From a virus (taxonomy: Duplodnaviria > Caudoviricetes), in IMG/VR virus record IMGVR_UViG_3300032254_000019, positions 1 to 36,933 of that record: 36,933 bases of DNA. The stretch is one strand, 5' to 3'. The translations under genes were made by a program, and so were the position numbers. Position 1 is the stretch's first letter, and every line of letters starts with the position of its first letter. Below the pieces are notes generated by a model, which saw only the letters and a program-made list of their open reading frames with translations, was not told the DNA's origin and ran no database searches. Shown one piece after another: positions 26,001-34,150 of the stretch.

Positions 26001-26541
26001 CTGACTGAGCATTAGCTGCTTTAACAGCTGCTGCCGTAGCTTGCTTTTGAGCCGTCTCCTGAGCCTTAGCTGCTTTAATAGCCTCGGTGGCAGTTTTCTT
26101 ATGCTGAGCCTCTAATTCTTTATTCCTAACTGCCGTGACGCCTATTGTTTTTTCGAGGCGCGCCATTATGGTATTTGCATCTGACTGCGAAAGATTGCCT
26201 ACCTTAACCGCGTCATTGGTAGTACGCTGGGCTTTAAACATCGCCATTAGCGCAGCTGTATACTTGTCCTGTTTTGGGATCAGTGATTCAAGCTGTGCCG
26301 CATTTGCTTTCTTCGCAGCTGCTGCTTTTGTGTCAGCGGCAGACTGTTTATTCCCTGAGTCCTCTGCCGCCTTACTGACCTTGGCGTAACCACCAGACAT
26401 CTTAGACGTAGCTTTCTCGATACGATCAGCCGCAGAATTAACAGCGGCGGTGAGTTTCCCCATCGCCACTACTGCCGCATCAATAGCGGAGGTGTTTACT
26501 TCAATCTGTGTTCTAAGCGACCCAAGGTCAAGAGCACTCAC
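23008..26541 (-). CDS. Tape measure protein
   Basis: 1177 aa, Ala-rich helical; C-terminal FANGGIV..PT.F...GLMGEAGTEAILPL. Confidence 0.95.
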   Translation of the reverse strand: MSALDLGSLRTQIEVNTSAIDAAVVAMGKLTAAVNSAADRIEKATSKMSGGYAKVSKAAEDSGNKQSAADTKAAAAKKANAAQLESLIPKQDKYTAALMAMFKAQRTTNDAVKVGNLSQSDANTIMARLEKTIGVTAVRNKELEAQHKKTATEAIKAAKAQETAQKQATAAAVKAANAQSAAQSKLRGNTIAAAKLFESAQLRQQKSLDSTREKVRNLTAAIQRSGTGARATKLASGAFKEYERTLSKGVLSSNALQGAQAKLESRLGTVRRRISSVNAAARKADIKAYKRRMEDLSKSVQVALGPLSGVASRITAMTALFNRNTANVAAAIGAITGFSVALFKTVKAGALFESQMLKIEGVIDATGMAAGISADEIGQMAIRVGEATLTSASAARDAAAVLLTFRGVGKETFEQVLMSAQGLSALLGGSLSDNTRRLGRLFEDPVANLNSLRRAGIQFTDAEKDKIKFLKQSGRQFELQALLLKRLEPAMKAAEAEAKGLAGQFDTLKERVAQFFEQASTGTTLVSGLSEVVAEFNAKLKVLTGDVNVTNAVGNSFTAMAELMSAALLGLVRNIDLVLAGIAGFAVGAVMKSAIGGIIAFRTSVDAAAAAASGFTAIVKRTGAAFKTLGGPIGALIAVVWALGDRFIGASDDIKTFEGELDAAKSRVDRFTGTMRELRSESKIIEETQLRKDVETFRSQVDKIKRDAIGLRDELSFSYLDPFTALTKSGEKYLSGRNSLATIFSRLVSGADTAEKALERLNSVAAADDRIIVLKNNIRDLALSLAGASGDLAAAEAALKSFSSVEIPKEFNVGDLVLSLKNLRDEAFPNIAVANQFADKLAYLKDASDRLNGSIPTSAADLAELRTKLKELVPGTVTAEEALRRLESTLKSAQAMSASEKLGAKILQLDQEADARNRGSDALAAYSAEQQIAAKVGKARNDILKETNIITKDNNDQLNNYEAALRELYKSGNKDLDEWKNAVRNWGDTFSNTIAETVIKGKSDFRSLRDSILNDLLAISIRQRIVTPILTALSIIPGSGPTEGAVGAGSYPRLPGLNVKSANGNVFNQGNVVPFANGGIVSRPTKFPMANGGTGLMGEAGTEAILPLKRLSGGNLGVQAESAPVDVRVTITNSGAQKEVRGAKVTMDPEGMIVNVILEDIRGGGPIYGALNSRGAF

Positions 26542-26738
26542 CTTTTTCTCCTCTGATTAGATGCACGTTTCTGCGTTATTTTATCCTTTTCCTCGGATAA
26601 TTGCATGTACGCGACCCAAGTATCAAACTCATCTGGAGGCATATCATTTTCAATTTCGAATGCAAATTTACCTAGTCGTTCCGCTAAGCTGTGAACTATC
26701 TGCTTATAGTAATCACGTCTTAGCTCTCTGAGTTTTTT
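26538..26738 (-). CDS. Tail assembly chaperone -1 frameshift extension (gpT-like)
   Basis: Open -1 frame from A-AAA-AAC (26738-26732): LRELRRDYYKQIVHSLAERLGKFAFEIENDMPPDEFDTWVAYM...; TGA overlaps the tape measure GTG. Confidence 0.85.
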   Translation of the reverse strand, partial: KKLRELRRDYYKQIVHSLAERLGKFAFEIENDMPPDEFDTWVAYMQLSEEKDKITQKRASNQRRKR

Positions 26739-27094
26739 CCTTCCACGTCCTCGACGTTCATCAATCTGCTAACTACTTCACCAAACTGGTCCAGGAATCC
26801 TCCTGCTGGCTTTTCAACCATCGCGTCATAGTCGCTTGAGTCAAATACATGCTCATTTGTACCTGGTACATAGGTATTGTAGATAACACCCCAAGTCATG
26901 AAATCGAGAATATCTATCTTACCAGAGTCGTCAGAGCATTTAGAGTACAGCTCTCTCCTGACTTTAACTGACGGTTGGCGGATCTCTACCTCAATGCCAC
27001 CGAACTTAACTTCTTCACGCTTAAACTGCGATGCTGCGCCTACCGTAGCGGATCTGATTTTATCTCTTAATGATTTGGTTGCTTGATTGCTCAT
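26720..27094 (-). CDS. Tail assembly chaperone (gpG-like)
   Basis: Between tail tube and tape measure; ends EGKN at a slippery site. Confidence 0.85.
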   Translation of the reverse strand: MSNQATKSLRDKIRSATVGAASQFKREEVKFGGIEVEIRQPSVKVRRELYSKCSDDSGKIDILDFMTWGVIYNTYVPGTNEHVFDSSDYDAMVEKPAGGFLDQFGEVVSRLMNVEDVEGKNSES

Positions 27095-27104
27095 TTGTTA
27101 CTCC

Positions 27105-28133
27105 TTACACAGTTGAAATCGCACCTGACCCCTGAAATGAAAAACTAAACTCGTTCATAGCATCAACCCCGCCGGCAAGCGACGCATCTGTAACAACGAT
27201 CTTACCTGAGTAGCCGGTCGTCCCGTTAGGTAAATACCTAGCATCTATTTCCGTCTTGCCTGCCCATGCCGACAGACAAACTTGAACGGACTGGCTCAGT
27301 GTAGTGTTTACTGAGTCATGATACCACCCGAATGGAATAGCTGAATCGCCAGCAGGTACAAACAAATTGAATGTAACACTCTCAGTTTCATCGCCGCCTA
27401 CATCACCCGATTGGTTATCCGCAGAGAGTTTAAAGAATCCCCGCGCCAATGAGTACCCATTGCCGTCAGGATTAAGTTCGATAATGTACTCATCCCTTGC
27501 AGTCAAAGCAGCGTTAAATCCGTTAGCCGAGTCATAAAAACCTGACATTTCAAGCGTAGCCGTTAAAAGCGTCGGCGAAAATGTAGCGAAACCATTATTT
27601 GCTTGCGCTGTTGACAAGTCGGTAGTTTCAGTTGTATCTGCACTTTGAGTTAGTGAGAATGACTGTGCCTTGCCGAAGTCAGCAGTAGGGAAATAGTTTC
27701 CGTCAATGGTAATAGGGCCAGTCTGAGCGACGTTGAATGTAACTATCCCGAATAGGTAATCGACACTTTCAATCTCACTTGCAGGAATGGCAACTAGGTT
27801 ATCGTAGAATGTAAATGATGCGCTCCTATCCCATATTTGCTTTGCAGCCGCATCAATCTGATAACTATTACCTGAAGTATTTGTAGCCGTTTCGCCTGTC
27901 ATTATAGTCGATGTGCCTTGCTTCTTTATAGTGGCTACATACCCGGCGAACCCCTTATAGTACCCGTTGGCACTCATTGTCCATGATATAATGCCTGGCT
28001 GATTTGATCCAAAATCCTGCCCAAAAACAGTGTCATCGAGGGCACTTCCATCTCGATTAAAGTCGCCTGTACTTCCAGGTAATGTATACCAGTTTACACC
28101 AGCGTCGTCTGATACTTGAATTGTCTTAGCCAT
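27105..28133 (-). CDS. Major tail tube protein
   Basis: Position; beta-rich; ends FSFSFQGSGAI. Confidence 0.85.
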   Translation of the reverse strand: MAKTIQVSDDAGVNWYTLPGSTGDFNRDGSALDDTVFGQDFGSNQPGIISWTMSANGYYKGFAGYVATIKKQGTSTIMTGETATNTSGNSYQIDAAAKQIWDRSASFTFYDNLVAIPASEIESVDYLFGIVTFNVAQTGPITIDGNYFPTADFGKAQSFSLTQSADTTETTDLSTAQANNGFATFSPTLLTATLEMSGFYDSANGFNAALTARDEYIIELNPDGNGYSLARGFFKLSADNQSGDVGGDETESVTFNLFVPAGDSAIPFGWYHDSVNTTLSQSVQVCLSAWAGKTEIDARYLPNGTTGYSGKIVVTDASLAGGVDAMNEFSFSFQGSGAISTV

Positions 28134-28144
28134 CGTTCATTCCT

Positions 28145-28564
28145 CTATAAAGATTGTCTATTGCCGCCTGTGTCCATCTCTCTCACTAGCGCCCAGTTGG
28201 ATACTAGTAATGGCCTATTATTAGTATCATAGCCTAAAGGAGTTATATCTCCAATTTGTGAGAACCGTACATATCGGCTCCCATTAATTACCTGTGTGTC
28301 AGCACCAAGTAGTACGTCCTTTATAGACTGAGCTTTTCCAAATGTTCCGAGATAATCTCCAGGTGCCCCTCTGACTCTGACCTGTACCGTAGGTTCGTCT
28401 CTAAGGTATGCTGGGTTGGGCTTAAATCCGCCTGTATCAAGAACTGTTACGATAGCATCGTCTATGCCGTCATAGTCAGGCTCCTTTCCTACAAAGATAT
28501 CAGATGCCAGTGTGCCTATACCTGAAGTCTGTAACATTGTCGCTATATCAAACGAGGTAATCAT
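28145..28564 (-). CDS. Tail terminator protein
   Basis: IFVGKEP, PTVQVRVRG, LGYD.NNRP; position. Confidence 0.8.
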   Translation of the reverse strand: MITSFDIATMLQTSGIGTLASDIFVGKEPDYDGIDDAIVTVLDTGGFKPNPAYLRDEPTVQVRVRGAPGDYLGTFGKAQSIKDVLLGADTQVINGSRYVRFSQIGDITPLGYDTNNRPLLVSNWALVREMDTGGNRQSL

Positions 28565-29031
28565 TTAGCCTTACTCGCAATTAAACCAGGGATCTTGCCG
28601 CTAAGGTTTTTGACAGCTGTCTCAAGAAATTTCCATTGTGCCCTCGGTGGGTTTCGGCCACTGCCCATTTCCTTTGTATGAACCTCAGGCTGAAGTTCAT
28701 GTACATATACCGCATACGGTGCTTCCTTTGTACTGCTTATCCCCTCAGTAACAGATGCGCCACCTTTCGCGTCGTAACCGATCTCAGCGATCATCTTTGA
28801 AGGGCTACGTTTGAATGCCAGGTACTGGCTTTCGCGCAGATCTCCTGTATCTATAGGCGTCATCTCGCGTGATTCGTCATATAGAGCCTTTCCTGCTACC
28901 TTTAAACCTTCATAAGTAGCATTTTCTATGCCCTTTAAGGCTTTAGCTAATTTACGTTCTACAGCAGCTATCGACTTACGTGCATCTTCACGTACGACTT
29001 TATACGACGTACTTCCACGGTTAACAGCCAT
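28561..29031 (-). CDS. Neck/tail completion protein (HK97 gp10-like)
   Basis: TPIDTGDLRES, YAVYVHE, KFLE. Confidence 0.85.
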   Translation of the reverse strand: MAVNRGSTSYKVVREDARKSIAAVERKLAKALKGIENATYEGLKVAGKALYDESREMTPIDTGDLRESQYLAFKRSPSKMIAEIGYDAKGGASVTEGISSTKEAPYAVYVHELQPEVHTKEMGSGRNPPRAQWKFLETAVKNLSGKIPGLIASKAK

Positions 29032-29366
29032 TACATAAACGCCTGCAAAATATCACTTCGACCCCGTAACCTTGGAACACGTTTAAAATCCTTAACCTCA
29101 ACAGCTTCAGCAACAGTTATAGGCGACGCGCTCGAAGTTTCATCCCCAAGATATAAATAATCACCGACACTTACAGTGGTCTCAAGTAATGTATTCGATC
29201 TACTGACTATCTCTTGGCCACTAAGAGTTGTAACAAGCTGTGATACGTCTTCCCACCTGCCAAGTATGGCCACAGGTGGACTCCACCTTGGGCTGCCGTA
29301 TACGTCAATGCCAGACCTTGCCCACCATGTAATCGTCTGGTTATAATTTCGCGTACCTAGACTCAT
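29031..29366 (-). CDS. Head closure protein
   Basis: NQTITWW, DVYGSP, RWED; position. Confidence 0.75.
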   Translation of the reverse strand: MSLGTRNYNQTITWWARSGIDVYGSPRWSPPVAILGRWEDVSQLVTTLSGQEIVSRSNTLLETTVSVGDYLYLGDETSSASPITVAEAVEVKDFKRVPRLRGRSDILQAFM

Positions 29367-29716
29367 AGCACTGTTAACCTGGCCGTCTTACGTGTCGTTG
29401 ACTCAAGTGTTTTAGTGGTATCCAGTGCGATAGCCTGCATACCATATCTTGTTGACTCTAGCCCGTCGCCCTCGAACCTTCTGTAGCTCTCAGATGCCTG
29501 TCCTGCACGTTCGCTAACAACCCCACCCTTCTCATCTGTAAGAACAGTGAAATGGGCAGCCAGGTATAGCTCTATCTGCCGTAGTCGGTGGTTAGACAGG
29601 CCTTTATCTAGTAAATCTTCTCTTACAATAAGATCCGCAGTATCAATAAAGCTACTTAAATCGGTTATTGACGTATCAACGATGGCCTTTACTTCTGCAC
29701 TTGTCACCATCGCCAT
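29363..29716 (-). CDS. Head-tail adaptor protein
   Basis: VT..EVKAI, YLAAHF, STRYG.QAIALD. Confidence 0.8.
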   Translation of the reverse strand: MAMVTSAEVKAIVDTSITDLSSFIDTADLIVREDLLDKGLSNHRLRQIELYLAAHFTVLTDEKGGVVSERAGQASESYRRFEGDGLESTRYGMQAIALDTTKTLESTTRKTARLTVL

Positions 29717-29722
29717 GCGGTA

Positions 29723-30007
29723 TTACTCCCATGAGTCCAGATCGGCTGCATCGGCTTCCTTAGGTACAACTGACTCAGCCACAACATCGCTAACCTTCTT
29801 AGCTGATTTTCGCGACTGTTTAGGATTCACCTTTACATTATCAGGTACGAACACACCAGATGCCAGTTCGATTTTATCTTTGATTTTTTCAGCTTCAGCA
29901 GATGTGAGTTCGATCATATCATTACGCTTATACTGCTTAAAATTACCGCCTTCGCGTCGAAAATGCTTCCCAGACGTGAGTCGATATGTGGTTGCTTTAT
30001 TACTCAT
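29723..30007 (-). CDS. Small hypothetical protein after capsid
   Basis: GGAG RBS; charged low-complexity C-terminus. Confidence 0.75.
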   Translation of the reverse strand: MSNKATTYRLTSGKHFRREGGNFKQYKRNDMIELTSAEAEKIKDKIELASGVFVPDNVKVNPKQSRKSAKKVSDVVAESVVPKEADAADLDSWE

Positions 30008-30021
30008 ATCTTACACTCCGT

Positions 30022-31002
30022 CTAACTTAGGTGAACAATACCACTACGACCTTCGGCATCCGCACTAATACGTGGGACCATAATGGACATAACTTTGAAA
30101 TTATTCACCATGCCGCCGTTAGTCTCCCACTCGATAGCACTTGGTTCAAGGCCATTAATCATCGTTACGACATCACCAGTCATTTGCACCAAAAGAACGT
30201 TATCAGCTGTTAGATGATCTACAGTTCTGACCGCTGAGATGCCATCAATCTCAAGGAGGCGCTGGCGTGTACTTTTATCTGAATTGGACTTGAAGTCTTT
30301 CTCCAACTCAATGCCGTATGCAGTTGGTACATACAGTACATACGGACCATACATGCGGTCAGCATGCGCAGCAGAAATCATCGAGATAACATCCGCAAGG
30401 ATATTCTCACCTGTGTCGGCTGTCCACGCGGTTCCAAGCGCAACAGTGTTGCGATTTGGATGGTTCAGATATCCATAAATGGTTCCACCACCAAAAGACA
30501 TAGCTGAATTACCATTGACCATCAGATCTTCGATGCCTTCAGCAACCTTACGTGCGGCAACCTCAGCCTGTGCTACATCCAAAGACTCACCTAGGCGGCG
30601 TGATGCTTCAAGTGTGCGGATGTTGATTGAGAAGTCCTTGTGCGTGATCGGCAATGGCATGCTATTCAAGTTGAAAGTCTGGCGACCATTCTGACCAGCG
30701 GTAACGCCGTCCATTGACGTTTCAGCACCGCTCATGTCACCACTGGTCTCCCACTGATGAACGGTAGTACCAAGGCCGTTAGATATATTCTTAACCAGAC
30801 CCGCTTCAACAACATCTGCCGCCATACGCAAACGTTCACGTGCAACCTTTTGAACCACAGTGTCAATCTCGATCCATTCTTCCTTACGAAGTGTTGCGTT
30901 AGTACGGAGCGCGTTTACACTCATACCATTTGCAAGCAACCTGGATGCGGTTGTACCGTTAGCCTGCATTTGACCGGCTGCGTTAGTAGTAATACTGTCC
31001 AT
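30022..31002 (-). CDS. Major capsid protein, HK97 fold, encapsulin/linocin-like (ORF track start 31050)
   Basis: AAGGAG RBS; LRKEEW.EID..V, PLPITHKDF, IYGYLNHPNR, GPYVLYVP. Confidence 0.9.
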   Translation of the reverse strand: MDSITTNAAGQMQANGTTASRLLANGMSVNALRTNATLRKEEWIEIDTVVQKVARERLRMAADVVEAGLVKNISNGLGTTVHQWETSGDMSGAETSMDGVTAGQNGRQTFNLNSMPLPITHKDFSINIRTLEASRRLGESLDVAQAEVAARKVAEGIEDLMVNGNSAMSFGGGTIYGYLNHPNRNTVALGTAWTADTGENILADVISMISAAHADRMYGPYVLYVPTAYGIELEKDFKSNSDKSTRQRLLEIDGISAVRTVDHLTADNVLLVQMTGDVVTMINGLEPSAIEWETNGGMVNNFKVMSIMVPRISADAEGRSGIVHLS

Positions 31003-31012
31003 TATATGCTCC

Positions 31013-31474
31013 TTAAACGATTTCAATCTGGATGCGTGCTTCAGCAGCACCCGCAGAGTTATCCACGGCCTCGATAGCGCGAGCTACGATTGCCTTGCTT
31101 GATATGGTATATGTAGCTGCCCCGCCCTCGACCACTGCCTGAGCTGTATGCTTACGCAGTGTGCCATCACCGGCAGACTCCAAAAAGTCACCCTTGACGA
31201 TAGCGGCGGCAGCGGCAGCAACCAGACCGTACACCTCATCGCCAGGGGTGAACACCGAATAGAGAACTTGATCTGCGATGGCATAATCATCGTCAATGCC
31301 TTTACCTGCGATGTCATTCTCAACTGCAAACGCTGCTGCCGCGTCAGTACCGGCAGAACTATGTGGTTGAACGCCAGTTGCGCCAAACTCCAGAAGATAC
31401 CCAGGAGTAACTGCTACATCAGCAGCAGCTTCCTTACGAGTACCTAGACCTTTAAGACTAATCGTATTTGGCAT
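31013..31474 (-). CDS. Head decoration/cement protein
   Basis: VTPGYLLE, GDFLESAGDGTLR, A.A.EAVDNS; between protease and capsid. Confidence 0.75.
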   Translation of the reverse strand: MPNTISLKGLGTRKEAAADVAVTPGYLLEFGATGVQPHSSAGTDAAAAFAVENDIAGKGIDDDYAIADQVLYSVFTPGDEVYGLVAAAAAAIVKGDFLESAGDGTLRKHTAQAVVEGGAATYTISSKAIVARAIEAVDNSAGAAEARIQIEIV

Positions 31475-31477
31475 GGT

Positions 31478-32845
31478 TTAACCCTCCGAGCCAGTTTTTT
31501 TGATATTAAACACAGGAAGGGGTGCAGGGATTGCATCGTCCTTACCATCCACATTTACAGTTGGACCCCCACGGGCACTGTAATCATCAGTTACCGCGAT
31601 CTTTGACAGTCGCTCTAACATTGTCATCGTCATGTTGTTCAGTTCATCGTCACTGAAATCACACTTTTCATTGGCACTCAAAGATGTCACTAACGAAGCC
31701 TTCTTTTCGGCGTGCATCTTTAGGCCGCTCTGAAGCATATCGCGCATATCGTCCGGCGCTGCGGCGATATATTCATCAGCAGTCGCTGGAGCGTTATGCT
31801 CTACATTAACAACAACGGGTTCAAGCTTTTCAAGCTGCCCCTCATCAAGGCTTTCAAGCCATTCCGAGTCGGCATCGGAAAAGTTCGTTAGTTCGTTTGC
31901 GATTAGTGCTGTAACACGCTCGTTCATACTCATATCAGTCTTCCTCTCTATATCTATATACTCAGTTGTTGGTCTCACCTCGACCATATCTTCACCCAAA
32001 GTAACTGTACCTTTGTCGTCCGTCAGTGAGTAGTCTCTCCTGTACATCGTATCATCAGCGTAATACACGAAGTAATCATCGAATACCGCGACAACATAGG
32101 CCCACTGCTCATCAAGCGCTGAAATAATCGAAGTACGCAAATCCTCATCACTAACTTGGTTATATTTAGCTAAAACCTCTTTCTCACCTAGTGCTTGATT
32201 ATGAGCATCAGCATTAGACTTTACCTTTTCTTCACATCCGGTACCGTCCTTACAGCCTTCGCAGCAGAATTCCTTGTGAGTTCTGAAATTCATTCTAGGT
32301 GCGCCGCATCCATCTTCCCACGAACACGCTCCTTTCTCCCCAGGCTCTAGAATAGCAAGATGGTCAGGGATAATGTTTGACTGAACTCCGAAATACTGTG
32401 CGTTATTATGGAATCCTTCGGTAGGTGTTACGTCGCAGAAGTACCCCGTGCTAACTTCAATCTCTTCACCACTTTCAAATCGTGAAAGCAAACTATCGGG
32501 TGCAACCTGTGTATCTACCCACATCTCCATTTTCAGCTTGGTCTCATCCTGGAATGTGTTAAAGATAAATCCTACAGTTTCAGTCTCCATTACATCAGGA
32601 GACCCTGCTGATACATACGCTCCATTACGCTGCGGATGCCCCATTGTTACAGGACGGGCATTCCACGAAGGTACAACCTTTGAAAACTCAGATGCCGCCA
32701 CAAATTCTGGCGTTTCACTCGTTGCACCTTGCAGCACACCTTCAACAAGTGCTACTACTGGTACGACAAGGTGCTCATTTCCTAGAAATGACTCTCGTCT
32801 GACTGCATCAGGTGCAGATTTAAGTGTGATGAACCTATTGTTCAT
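31478..32845 (-). CDS. Prohead protease/scaffold (DUF2213-like)
   Basis: WNARPVTMGHP, EVSTGY, PDHLAIL...GACS..DGCG; acidic helical C-terminus. Confidence 0.85.
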   Translation of the reverse strand: MNNRFITLKSAPDAVRRESFLGNEHLVVPVVALVEGVLQGATSETPEFVAASEFSKVVPSWNARPVTMGHPQRNGAYVSAGSPDVMETETVGFIFNTFQDETKLKMEMWVDTQVAPDSLLSRFESGEEIEVSTGYFCDVTPTEGFHNNAQYFGVQSNIIPDHLAILEPGEKGACSWEDGCGAPRMNFRTHKEFCCEGCKDGTGCEEKVKSNADAHNQALGEKEVLAKYNQVSDEDLRTSIISALDEQWAYVVAVFDDYFVYYADDTMYRRDYSLTDDKGTVTLGEDMVEVRPTTEYIDIERKTDMSMNERVTALIANELTNFSDADSEWLESLDEGQLEKLEPVVVNVEHNAPATADEYIAAAPDDMRDMLQSGLKMHAEKKASLVTSLSANEKCDFSDDELNNMTMTMLERLSKIAVTDDYSARGGPTVNVDGKDDAIPAPLPVFNIKKTGSEG

Positions 32846-34127
32846 TAGACTTTTCCTCGCTCATATTAGGAAGTATATCCTTCTTTTCTGGTAAATCAAG
32901 CCATTTGCGCCTAAATTCGTCGATTGTGATCGTTTCTTCACCTAAACTACGCTGTCTAGCAATATTAAGTGCTGCTGATGATATTCTCTGCGCATTCTCT
33001 GCCCGCTCAGACTCAGTAAGTGACTCAAGGACAGGCCATTTAATAGTGTATGCTTCACTAGGAAGTGCGCCGATTGCGATAAACCTATCAATAAGTGGTC
33101 TTAGAATAATAGGTTCAGCATAGGAGGCCGCTCTTTCACTAATCCGCTCCATCCAATTTGCCCTGTCCTGGCTAGATGCTAGTTGTCCGCGCTCACTACC
33201 CGTCAGTATACGCATCGGTATTCCGGTTGCACCTGAGATTAATGACATTATAGTGTTAAACGGCCCTCTTGGATCGGCGATCTCACTCCCTAATACCTTA
33301 GCAGTCACCCCCCGCGTCTGGAACACTCTTCTGAGGCCGTGGATATACTCCTGTATCTGGTCATCCATCTTGGCTTCATCGTCAGCCGATAAGTCCATAT
33401 CCTTATCAAGATCAAATTGCATTCCTCTATCAGCTATCCGCCAGAAAAACTCTGCTGAGCCGCCAACAACCTTTGCAAGGTCGTCCATAAGGTTAAATAC
33501 CCGCTCAAGCCTAGGTCGCCCATAAATATCATCTTCTAGTAGCCCCTCCGCGATATGAATTACACGGCTATGATGTACCTTAAGTGTCTTGGAATCGAAT
33601 CCTGCGGTATTTGTTCCAACACTGATTGAATACATAACAGGTAACCCAAAACGAGGCGATGCGGGACTTGATTCGATTTTGCTTATAGTAGCAGTGCCCT
33701 CTGAGTAAGCAGATAAATATAGAATATCATCAGGACTGCGGGTCTTACTTATCTGAGTCGAAAGATCATTAGATCCCCTTGTCCCGATCACGAGAACGCC
33801 ATATCTGCCAATACCTGATAACCGATCCGCACGTTCGACTCTGTGTATCAGTTTAAGACGTGTTGAAATAGAGTCCCACGCACTTGTAAACTCCTCACTG
33901 GCAATTACTTGAGGCTGTTGTCGCCATGTTGCCAGGGCAGGGGCATCAACTATTCGACCGGCAATCGAATCCCTATCGTACCGTGCTAGATAATCGGTAA
34001 AATTAGGTAATCTGGTATATCCTAATGTTTCATACACATCTCGTTTACCAGCAAAGCTTTTACCTGCTTTCGATGCCAGCGCGGCTCTACTTGCGATTGC
34101 AGAGATGTTATCTTTAATTGTTTGCAT
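32835..34127 (-). CDS. Portal protein, DUF1073-like (ORF track start 34169)
   Basis: IAGRIVDAP, PRFGLP..Y, VHHSRVIH, TGIP.RILTGSERG.LAS. Confidence 0.9.
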   Translation of the reverse strand: MQTIKDNISAIASRAALASKAGKSFAGKRDVYETLGYTRLPNFTDYLARYDRDSIAGRIVDAPALATWRQQPQVIASEEFTSAWDSISTRLKLIHRVERADRLSGIGRYGVLVIGTRGSNDLSTQISKTRSPDDILYLSAYSEGTATISKIESSPASPRFGLPVMYSISVGTNTAGFDSKTLKVHHSRVIHIAEGLLEDDIYGRPRLERVFNLMDDLAKVVGGSAEFFWRIADRGMQFDLDKDMDLSADDEAKMDDQIQEYIHGLRRVFQTRGVTAKVLGSEIADPRGPFNTIMSLISGATGIPMRILTGSERGQLASSQDRANWMERISERAASYAEPIILRPLIDRFIAIGALPSEAYTIKWPVLESLTESERAENAQRISSAALNIARQRSLGEETITIDEFRRKWLDLPEKKDILPNMSEEKSNEQ

Positions 34128-34150
34128 GTTTTTCTTATACTGTCGAGTGG

